This document shows positions 26,051 to 36,805 of a stretch of DNA of 64,000 nucleotides, piece after piece. Numbering within the stretch: position 1 is the first letter of the stretch; every line of letters begins with the position of its first letter. The DNA is from Octopus vulgaris (Eukaryota): NCBI GenBank assembly GCA_951406725.2, contig OX597819.1:104532001-104596000 (forward strand). The letters are read 5' to 3'. A program made the translations under genes and the position numbers. Below the pieces are notes generated by a model. It saw nothing but the letters and a program-made list of their open reading frames with translations, was not told the origin of the DNA and did no database searches.

Positions 26051-26233
26051 AGTTATTTTACAAACAGCGTTTCAACCGAAATCATCCAGAATCAACCGGA
26101 TTTTTCTAGTTTGGAGTTGGAGCAGACGACAGCAGCGTTCAACAGCAGATATCGTCTGCTAAATGCTGAGAGTGAAATCTCTTTCGCTTGATCTTCGAAA
26201 TCTTCGCGAAGTCATCTAAAGTCAGCATTGAAG
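26051..26233 (+). other. Candidate noncoding first exon, copy 2
   Basis: 183 nt identical to 23707-23889, with the same donor-like site. Confidence 0.4.
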
Positions 26234-26568
26234 GTAAAGTACCTTATCAATTCACTTGAAAAGTATTCATTATTTCTTTAATACCTATAAAATTGTATTT
26301 GGTCAAGTCATTTATCACAAAGCTGAAAAGACCGCTTTCTAAAGAGGAAATTGGTATTGTTTTGTATCTTATCAGTCTTAGGTATTGACATTGCTCGTCT
26401 CTGTTTTATTCACGGAGAAACCATTCTAAAGTTTACACCGATTGTAAAGTAAGCGACCTTATTAAATTCATTAAAAAATATTGAACGAAGTCTCAAATTA
26501 TATCTTTTAACTAACTCGGTTCAATATCTCTCTGTATCTCTCATCTCTATCTCTGTCTCGATTACACT

Positions 26569-26606
<38 letters not shown>

Positions 26607-26616
26607 CACACACACA

Positions 26617-26689
<73 letters not shown>

Positions 26690-27442
26690 TGGTGGGGAAA
26701 ATTAGTAACAGTGTAAAATGTGTAATTTCCGATATCTCGTTATTTTCTCCCTACCAGTTTGAAATTATTGCATTATCATTGGGACTAAAACTTGGTCAGT
26801 GTAGTTGTTGTTGTTGAAGGGGAGAGAATTCGAAACATAGTCAGGTATCAGGTACATTTTTATAAAAAAGTTTTCTTCAATTTTGACCTGATTGTAATTG
26901 AGGCTGCTAATAAAATATCGAGATAATTTTTGGTGTTAAGCTATCAATATTCTTTTCAGTGTTGGATGCCAAGTCAATTTTTTTCTATAATGTCTAAAAT
27001 GGGGTAAAATGAGTAATTACTAATTTCAATAATTTTTTCTCTTTAACTACTTGGTGAGTAAATATATCACGAAAAGAGAAATTTCATTGGATTGTGAAGA
27101 AGCTATAGAGAATATTTTATGCTGATTGTTTTTTTAGTCGAGTTTCGTTAATTTCATATCAAATGCTATTTTTCTTTGATCTTCTTTCGTTTCATTTAGA
27201 TATTTAATATTTTTTTGTTTTTGTTTTGCATTTCTGATCTTTCTGATGTCTAGGGATGGATATTGATGTGTATACGTCTGTTTTCAAATGTGATTCTGGA
27301 GAATTCAAGCGCAAACTTGCCTCATCTTGGTTTACTCATTTTGCCCCAGCCAAATTTGTTGTTTTTATGCTCAAAGAGAAATAGTGATCAAATCATGTTA
27401 TATTTTTAATGCAGTTAGGGAAGCCATTTGCTAAGCTCTCTC

Positions 27443-27508
<66 letters not shown>

Positions 27509-27511
<3 letters not shown>

Positions 27512-27754
27512 CGGAGATGTACTTGCACAGCAAGTGACCTGATCTGAGATCGTGTGCTGGAACGAAAACAATTGCAGGGTGGAAGGTGTTTATAAGCCAT
27601 TTAAGAAACACACAAAAACCGTTAGATTCACTTCGACATTTAAATTTAATTGGTCAAAATATTTTCGTCGCTTTGAGACCACGACCTGTTCACTGACTCT
27701 AACGGTTTTTGTGTATTTCTTAAATGGCTTATGAACACCTTCCACGCTGCAATT

Positions 27755-27757
<3 letters not shown>
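27509..27757. mobile_element. Second copy of the fold-back PLE-type element, with partial inverted tail
   Basis: Homologous to 17121-17440; 27698-27757 is an inverted copy of about 27567-27626. Confidence 0.85.
27653..27697 (-). ncRNA. Hammerhead-like motif with G3-C8 core, second copy
   Basis: GUCA GUGAACA G GUCGU-GGUCUCAAA-GCGAC GAAA AUAU UU UGAC. Core and stems are retained while loop II differs from 17202-17251. Confidence 0.65.
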
Positions 27758-27843
<86 letters not shown>

Positions 27844-28333
27844 ACGAAGATATATATATATCCACACACATACGTAGATGGTATTTGGCGAACTTGCTTG
27901 TGGAAGGCACCCTCAGCAGAAACCAAGACTTCGATTTAAGGATTATGCACAGTCCTCGTTGAAGACATGTGAAATATGTGGGGTCAATTGATGAAGTTAT
28001 GCTTGTTACCACCAATGAAGTGGATATTTGGGGGAAAAATACGCAGAAATTAAGCGATCTGCTGGAAAACGCACCGCTAGTGTAGTGGACTGAGGAAGCT
28101 TAGTCTGCAATATCTGCGGACGAGTACGTATGTGAAAAACTGAGCTCATTACTCACCAGTGCAGTCACAAGAGTAAAGCATTCATTTGTCTGAGAGTACA
28201 ATGTTCTTAATGATCAGTGACGGTCTTCCTCGGTCACGGTTGAACGGCCTCATCATCATACATATATACATACAAAAATATATGCATATTCATATACATG
28301 CATGCATACATACACGCATACATACACACATAC

Positions 28334-28364
<31 letters not shown>

Positions 28365-28392
28365 CATACATACATACATACATACATACATA

Positions 28393-28723
28393 GGAGGGCT
28401 GAGTTACCTCCTAGAAGAATGCCCTAACAAAAGTTAGGAGTGCTTCACTCCCAATGGTTTGACCGCGCGATCGGGTATTCAGTCCGATTATTTCTATGTC
28501 CCCGCGCATGATACATCTTTAAGACATTTATTGGATGGCCGTTGACTCTCAAGAGTTCTTCCGCCCTTTGACGGGTTTTGTTTTTCCTCCCGCAGGGTGT
28601 CCAATAAACACCCTCCTCACCAAGAAAGCTTGGTGGGGTTGCCAGTTTAGTCGCCGACGACCCGGCCATGCAACAGGTTGCACTGGGTTACATGTTACCA
28701 GTACCACTCGAAAGTGACCTGAC
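28393..28723 (-). mobile_element. Unclassified short noncoding interspersed element next to (CATA)n arrays
   Basis: Highly similar to 54182-54510; no recognisable ORF; orientation inferred. Confidence 0.75.
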
Positions 28724-28754
<31 letters not shown>

Positions 28755-29601
28755 TATATACATACATACATACATACATACATACATACATACATACATA
28801 CATACATACATACATACATACATACATACATAATACATACATACATATATATATGTTAATAACATAGACCAATCTAATACCATCTTTAATCTCTCCTTAG
28901 ACAGTATTACCTCCTCGATTCCTGAGAGTAATCCCCACAATACTTCTCTTCCTAAAAATGAATTACCATCTACTAAACATAAGAAAACGACTCATCTTGA
29001 TTAGTCCTCTTCCGCTGTTTCTAATATATATCATTGACCCCTAATATATTCACTTAATTAATAAGACTTTTGTCCACAGTTATTGAATATAACTTCTGAC
29101 ATTTATTTCACCCCTACCTGATCATTTGATCAGGAGAGCTAATTGCAATGTGTCATACTGATCGTGGTACTATTACGAAAAATATTGATTATTCTTAATA
29201 CATTAAGTTCTGTCAATTAGCAGAGCCGATGGAACATCGCATAAATTGTTTTGCAATAATCATTCCGGCTCTCTATTCTCTGAGTTCAAATGTATCTGGG
29301 ATCAAAATTGAATTATAATTGTCTAGTGTTGATGAACAAGCTACCAGTTAAATTCTGGAGTCGATTGTTCTTTCCGTTTTTCCCCATCAGGAAGAAATCG
29401 ACTGAAGAGATGTATACCGCCAGATATAAAATGTCCAAGACGCTATGTATGTGATACGCACACGCGCGCGCACACGCACACACACATATATACTTGACTA
29501 AATATATATATAGGGAGAATTCACTAAAAAACAAAAGACGAAGACAGGTGGTGTAGACAACAAACAGATGTATTAGTTTAACGCTCGGGAAGTGAAAAAG
29601 C

Positions 29602-29637
29602 CTTTAACGTTTCGAGCCTACACTCTTCCACAGAAAG
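29602..29637 (-). ncRNA. Minimal hammerhead-like motif, A6U core variant, in a short PLE-type repeat (about 29510-29670; related piece at 58773-58890)
   Basis: CUUU CUGUGGA A GAGU-GUAG-GCUC GAAA CG UU AAAG. Confidence 0.55.
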
Positions 29638-29689
29638 AAACAGGGAGACAAAATAATAAATGTGCAGTGGCTATATATATATATATATA

Positions 29690-30200
29690 TACAAGACTAC
29701 CCGTGACCCGTTGAGTCACTGACGGTTCAGGTTATAAAACGTTGAAGCTGATTTCATCATTCCATTGAAATGAAAGTAAATTTTATGATAATTCAGTTAA
29801 ATATTTCAATTCGTAGGTCTGGTTTACAAGTTCTAGAAACAGAACTTCCAGGATAATCCTGGATTCCAGTAACAGCATTTATTTGTGGCATATGTGTATA
29901 CTTCTACAAAAATGCAAAAGGAATTGCTAAATAACGTAAACATAAAATTAATGGAAACAATTTTCACAGTTTATATGTTACTATTTCAGGATTATGTTAC
30001 TTTCAGAGTATTTTCTCATTATGCACCGTTTTGGCTATTTATGAAGGTACCTCAAAAACCGAATATCTCGGCAGTACGTAGTCCGATTTACGCGGAACTT
30101 GTTTTATTTCGTTTGTCTTCACATTGCTTTCAGAGTATTTTTCAATTATGCGCCGGTTTGGGTGAGTTAATTTACAGACAAGCACACACACAAGCATGTA
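29690..30200 (-). mobile_element. Possible non-autonomous Helitron-like element
   Basis: Minus strand ends with a CCGT...ACGG hairpin shortly before a CTTG (CTAG-like) terminus in TA context. Confidence 0.35.
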
Positions 30201-30609
30201 TGCAAGCAAGCAATCACAGAGTAGCAGTAGTAGTAGTAGTAGTCAATAGAGGTGCTAGTAGTAGTGGTGGCTATAGTTGTTCGAAATATATATTTGTACA
30301 TTGAGAAAAGAGGCGGACGCCAGAATTTTGGAAAACGAATTTTTTTTATCTAGTCATTATTATTAGCGTTTTCCTTTGTCTTCGAGCTTGTCAAATAAAA
30401 TTTTATTTCACAGATTCGAAGACGAAGAAAAGTCCTAATAATAATGACTAAATAAAATAAAATCTTTTTCCAAAATTCTCAATATTCAATATCTGTACAG
30501 CACTTCTAACACTCTATACATATATACGCATGCTAAGTATGGGGTTTTAGTTCACAGGTGATTTAAACGATTAGATACGCTAGGTAAGTGCCGTAACGGA
30601 TTATATATG

Positions 30610-30656
<47 letters not shown>

Positions 30657-30752
30657 GAAGGAAAAAATGGTATAGATCAGTGTGTGATTCATGGATTTGG
30701 TTTGCAAGATTCTTTATATAAGTTCGTGTGTTGGAGCATATTTTGTTGTGTT

Positions 30753-31008
30753 TGGGGAGAGTCATTCTCTTTTAGTGCCTTATTATTTAACACACTCACC
30801 GGTAAAATTTCCACTTATTTCTTATTTTTATTTTCTAGAATTTTCGTTGCGTCTTGCAACCTTTTCAATAGACTTTTCAAGAGTCAAGACTATTGAAAAG
30901 GTTGCAAGACGCAACGAAAATTTTAGAAAATAAAAATAAGAAATAAGTGGAAATTTTACCGGTGAGTGTGTTAAATAATAAGGCACTAAAAGAGAATGAC
31001 TCTCCCCA
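30753..31008. repeat. 119-bp inverted repeat (fold-back PLE-type element in (TA)n)
   Basis: 30753-30871 is the reverse complement of 30890-31008 with one mismatch; 18-nt spacer. Confidence 0.92.
30834..30872 (-). ncRNA. Hammerhead-like motif with U3-A8 core; mirror copy at 30890-30926 plus
   Basis: UCUA UUGAAAA G GUUGC-AAGAC-GCAAC GAAA AU UC UAGA. Stem III is the loopless palindrome AAUU. Confidence 0.55.
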
Positions 31009-31574
31009 GATACAACAGTATATATATATATATATATGTGTATGTAAGGCTAGATGTGTGTGTGTACATGAATGTAGTTTATGCACACCACAAATTAGCC
31101 CGCATGTCGCTCAAATTTTATAAGGACATTCGTCACGACCCTAGCTGTATTTTCGTCAAATTATTTTCCCCCGAGGCACCCGCGAATTGCGGTAAATAAT
31201 TTTGAGCCATCAATTTTCACGGCGGAGAAATCCACTATAGTGACGCCATTATTGTTTACAACATGAGTTAAGACCTCTTCTAGCGACGGCGTAAAGAGAG
31301 GGAAGGAGAGGGAGCGAGAGGGAGAGAGATAACAGATTTTTAAAATTTCGTCTTTTTACTGAGTGATTGACAGGCGCAAACAGACAGACAGGTGTTGTTA
31401 TGTATGTATGTATGTATGTATGTATGTATGTATGTATGTATGTATGTATGAATGTATATGTGAATGGCTTCAGTCACACACACACACACACATACACACA
31501 CACACACACACACGAGCATGTATGAGTATAAAACACATACATGCAATGTGTGTGTTGACCGTGTGTATATATAT

Positions 31575-31690
31575 ACAATATAAACGATATTCTCCGTTTC
31601 TCCACAACTAATTTCCAAATTAGCTGAATCCGTTGCTCTACTCATAGCGATATATAGCTGGTCGTGCGTGAACATGGAGATAGCAGAGGT
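31575..31690 (-). pseudogene. Helitron PIF1-like helicase C-terminal relic
   Basis: FTHDQLYIAMSR...TENIVY matches Helitron FTHGQLYVAxSR...TxNIVY. Confidence 0.75.
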
Positions 31691-32728
31691 TACCAGAGCA
31701 AAAGACCTACGTGTTGACTATAGACACGCTCCTTCGCAAACGATCAGCTATTTTTTGTAAACAATGTTTCGAAACTGTTCATGTTTTCGAAAGGAGAGAT
31801 CTGACTCACATCTCTGCGGGAGAAGGTAGGTTTCTCTATTCCTGTAACAAAACTTAAGTCCGGGTGCCAAATTTGCTTCAATTGATGGTATTACTCGGGT
31901 AAGAGGTGGTGGTGGCACAGGGGCAGGGGCAAAGGCGTGCAAAAACATGTATGCTTTTGGTGTATGTACGTCTATGTTTGTGTGTGTATTGCCTATATAT
32001 ATATAATTAGTTGTGATCTGAACATAACCGCTTTTCGCACAGAGGATCGGGGGCCCTTTTGGGCGTTCTATTTTCCTTGCTAGAACAGTTCCCAACCCAT
32101 GGGCAAAGTGGGGTTACATGATGGGGGTGGTGTTCTCAAAAGGGTTGGCATATGCAACATGATCACTTCTGCCGATCAAACTCCCAACCCATGCGCCGCC
32201 GTCGCGACACTGATTCTGCAGAACTGGGTTGGGTATGAAAACAAACTTTAAAGTATAAATATAGATGTTTTTGAATCAGCAATGTTCGGTTAAGTCCTAT
32301 TTTGGGTGAAAAGTCAATAAACTGATTCCTTATGGAGTTTTCCATTTAATCAGAATTTTTAAAAATCGATAAACCGATTCCTTATAGGACTTCCCACTAA
32401 AATTGGCTACTCCCCATTTTCAACAAGAACGTCTACCAATTTTGATGTATTTTGTTCCTCCTCCTCCTTCTCCTTTTTCTTCGTTGCGGGATACGTATGG
32501 CGTTGTATCGAAAACGCTTGGTAACTCCTGCTTTAAACTGTGCCTTTCACCTTGTCTGTGCAAATTATGTTATTAATTTTTCTTATAAACAGAGAATAAG
32601 AATACTTAGAACTTGTTGATAGGATTTCGGTAGTTATTTCTTCTCCCGTAAAGGGCAGTATTTATTCATTTAATTATCCACTGCATTCAGAAAACGCTCT
32701 GTCTTCTGTAAAAACACAAACACACACG

Positions 32729-34270
32729 ATGGCTTTGTCATTATCACTACTATCATCGGCATCAGCAACCATGGAAGCGCTGAGGTGGAAAGCCACAGAA
32801 GAAGATTTCCACCTCATATCACTCACTCCCTGCGACAACAACAACAACAATAGCCTAAGCAATGTGAAAGCTCGCGAAGCTTATGAAATTAGTTACCACA
32901 AAAACGGCACTAGTGACAGGAGTGTCGATGGTGAATGTGGTAGAAGCAGTAGTGATTGTGGTGGTGGTGGTGGTGGTGGTGGTGGTGGTGGTGGAGACAG
33001 CAAAGGCTGTAACGCCACGACAGGTTTTATCAGTAACAAGAACAGCAACAATACCAGCAGCAGTCGCAGTGATAGCAACACAGACGGCTGCAGCAGAACC
33101 AACAATAGCAGTGGTAGAGAAGAAATTGAAGTCAGCAGTGGTAGCGGTGATAGTGGCAACAAACCAAGTGGCTACAACCCCACCACCACAACAAGCAGCA
33201 ACAGCAGCAGTAGCGACAACAATAACAACTGCAATAAAATCAACACCAACACGATCAACAAGAACAACAATGCCAATAAGAACACGTTCGCAGCAGCAGC
33301 CAAGACTAGATCACGTTACATCATAGACCTCACAAAGAAAGAGGAAAAGTTGGCCTTAGCCTAGAAAATAATAAAACATGAGCAAACCTGGGCCATCTTA
33401 ACCATCTCGAAAGGGGCAATTGAAGCAGTGGAGAAAAAACAGTTCATTTCAGATGCATCTCAGCAGAGAAAAACAAACAATCAATGACAGCCCAAGCAGA
33501 TATTGAAGCTGCGCTGAGATGTATCAGGGATGATAGCGAGTACATAGCGAGGGGCAAACAATACGGCACCATTTCGGTGCTTTTTAAGTCAGAAGCCCTC
33601 GCTATGAATCACTCAATGACCCCTTGCAAAACAAGCAAGGTCATTTTGTACCCATCCCTTACGGGAAGAATAGCGCGTGTCTGCATTCAGGACTTGACAA
33701 GTGGTAGCTTCAGGAATGCGTAATCGAGCAAGTGTCAGATACCGTCCCGATAGAGTTGACAAAGACTGCCAGGGAGGACAGGTCCGGGGTGGATCTGGAG
33801 ATACTTCTCCAGATCAAGCCCGTAAACTTCAAAAGAATTCCTGTCCACATTCGTCTTTGATAATGACTGAGGGCAGAAGGCCGCATTGTTTCGTTTGTGG
33901 AGAAACCACTCATTTGCGAGCCTTCTGCCCTCAATTAATAAAATGTCCAAGGGGTCGGAGACCGCCACTGTTGCCTACACCGGAAACAGGACCACAACCA
34001 ATACCAGCCCCAGCACCAGGACCGGCAAAACCGCCAGCAACAACGAACGAAACGCTACCAAAGACATTGTCCACTCTAGAAGGAAACGAGGAAAGCTCTC
34101 CCCAACCCCCACACAAATAAATAAGAATATAAACACAAACACAATCACAGGCACACTTACAGCCATAAATCCCTCGTATTCCTGTAGTGAAGATGAACGA
34201 AAACCAAAAGCCCCCCCACCAAAAAAAAAACAGAAAAGAAAGCACAAACGAAACACTCCACAAGCATAAC
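32729..34270 (+). pseudogene. Disrupted LINE ORF1/gag-like protein with CCHC zinc knuckle
   Basis: Low-complexity N-terminus, TFAAAAK motif, middle domain YIARGKQYGTISVLF, then EGRRPHCFVCGETTHLRAFCP and a Pro/Lys-rich tail; broken by stops and frameshifts. Confidence 0.65.
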
Positions 34271-34284
34271 AACACCAACAATAA

Positions 34285-36242
34285 AAAATGCAATGCACAT
34301 GCATAGTGGGCATTGCATCCTACGGTACCATGCCATCCATTCTTTTCAGCTATCCAATATTTTCCTGATTATTCTATCCATGTCAAGGAGGCAAACCTTT
34401 TGTAACTGTTCTACTGGGTACTCTATTCCAATTTCCATTATATTCCCTTTAATGACTTCTGAATCGACAAGGATCCAACAATAATTGGCACTATTTTCAC
34501 CTTCTTCATTTTCCATAGCCGGATTATTTCGTACTTAAGAGGGTTGTATTTATTTTTCACCTTCCTTCTCGAATAATCGTGAGTGAAAGTGGCATGCTAC
34601 ACCAACTATATAGCTTATGTGGTGCATCTTGTCCACCACCACTATGTCCAGTCTGTAATGTTGTAGCATCTGATCTGTTTGGATCATAGAGGATTTTGCT
34701 AGTCTCCGACTCTGCCACACTCTGGAGTTTGTTCTCATACCACGTCTTGCCTCTCTCTAGGACCCACTTTTAGCACAATTTCCAATGTAGCACTTTCTCT
34801 ACCTGACTGCATCGCCACAACTTGTAGTAGTTTGGGGCAAGTGTTGGGCATCTGTTCGTGATATGAGAAATGGTTTCACCCACTCTATTGCAGATGCGAC
34901 ACAGCGGAGACACTTGCTCATTCCTAAATTGACCCTCCATTTCGTGGCCAAAGCTTGGTCTTGCGCTGCCAGTATAGTGCTCACGGTCTCGTTTATTAGC
35001 GTTCATTTCATCAACCAATCCCAACTATAATTTTCAGCAGCTTCTGTTGTGGCTGCATGGAAAAGACTGCGTAAGTCCCTTCGTGCGTAATTAATCTTCA
35101 AGCCATTTTTGCACTGCTTCCTTTGATCTTTCAGTACTCTCTTGTCCCTAACTGTCACTAGCAAGGTTCCCTTATTTTGGGTTAGGTATCTCATTAAGCT
35201 CTCGAGTTCGATACTCGCGCAGTGTTCCACACTTATCAGTCCTCTTCTTCCATTTGCTCTCGTCATATATAGGCGGTCTGTGTCCGTACGTGGATGATGG
35301 ACACCATGCATTGTTAGAAAGCTTCTTGACATCCTGTCCATCTCCTTTATTTCTTCCTCTGTCCACTTCAGGATTCCAACACCATACCGAACTACTGCGA
35401 CTGCGCGCGAGTTTATTGCTGAAATTATATTTCTAACATTTAGCTTTGAAACCAATATTTTTCCCACTCGCCGCAGGTACAATCTTTTTGTCTTTTCCTT
35501 CATGTCGTTCTGTTTGATTCCATCTGCTTCAAAAATTCCCAGGTAGTTATTCCTGGATTGAGGTTGAATTGCCTTCATCCTTTCACCACTTGATAACCCT
35601 ATTCCTTCTGTTCTGAAAAGCTTTCTTCGTCTTGTCACCATCGTAGCACATTTTGAAAGTCCAAACTCCATCTTAATGTCACTGGAGAAAATCCGCACAG
35701 ACTGGATGTCCGGTTCAACTTCAGATTTTGTGAATAGCTTCAGATTGTCCATGAACAGCAAGTGGTGCAGTTTTCCCTTACCTCTTCCCAGATTATATCC
35801 TAACTTTGTTTTTCGTAGTATTTTATTCAAGGAGATCATTGTCAGCACGAAGGTCAATGAGGACACACTGTTCCCCTGGAAGATACCTCTCTTGATTTCA
35901 TCTCTCCTAATACTTGATTCCCTGTTGTCAATTCCACTCTCCAGCATTTCATGTTATTGCATTTAAGGCTACACATATTCCTTGCTACTCCATACATTTC
36001 CATTGTTTTTATTATCCATGAATGTGGTATCATATCGTGTGCTTTATGATAGTCAACCCATGCCATGCTCAGAATTTTGCGTCTTCTCTTGCAGTTCCTG
36101 ATAATTAGATTATCAATTAAGAGCTGTCCCTTCGTTCCCCGGTTCTTCTTTTGGTAACCTTTCTGTTCAATAGGTAGCAGCTGTTTCCAGGTATCTATAC
36201 AGTTCACCGGCTAACTACTTGACATTAGTTTCCACATTAACG
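34285..36242 (-). mobile_element. 5'-truncated R4/Dong-like non-LTR retrotransposon (RT + CCHC + RLE), decayed
   Basis: EQKG...RGTKGQLLID, AWVDYHKAHDMIPHSWI, RGIFQG, HLLFMDNLKLF, FGLSKCA, AAQDQAL, CRIC...ETISHI...CP, IQTD...RLDIVVVDK, EKEGEK, LQKVCLL. The 5' end abuts (TAA)n. Confidence 0.88.
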
Positions 36243-36287
<45 letters not shown>

Positions 36288-36748
36288 GAGTGAGAGAGCA
36301 GTGCATGCCATCAAAGTGACACTGGGGTAAAATATACGAAGCCCAATATACCCATCATGACTACCCGTCTGATAAGGGTACACCAGGCACATGCATCACA
36401 ACCATATGTGCGCGACATGGTGATCTCATATCAAGATAAACAGCACATGACCTTGCAGGTGGGGCCCAGTTAGAATTTTCTTCAGGTTGAGTAGCCCATC
36501 CTGCTCAAAAGGTCCCTGAATAAGGCTTGTTTAAGGATGTTGAAAGAACCACCCATGTTTCCAGAGGTGAATTATTCAAACCCCAAAGAATCCCTCTCAA
36601 CACATGGCTATGATGCTCCCCCACTACTTCTGCTCGTGATCAGAGATGCACATATCGTCAGCCACTAAGGGACATGCTCAACTGGTTAAGGTCAAACAAC
36701 TGACAAGCAAATCTGTGGTATTGAGCAGAATATTTGCTGTAGCCCATC

Positions 36749-36752
<4 letters not shown>
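36288..36752 (-). mobile_element. About 465-bp noncoding element bounded on both sides by (TAA)n arrays
   Basis: Sharp boundaries with (ATT)n at 36243-36287 and 36753-36803; GC richer than flanks; orientation inferred. Confidence 0.6.

Positions 36753-36803
<51 letters not shown>

Positions 36804-36805
<2 letters not shown>

Larger units (their letters stand above)
25657..28390. repeat. Local duplication, copy 2, with unrelated insertions at about 26690-27850
   Basis: Aligns to 23325-25080. Confidence 0.9.

Noticed and set aside
26690-27445. Insertion unique to duplication copy 2, possibly a DNA transposon fragment
   Set aside because: No TIR pair or recognisable protein motif; left unclassified.
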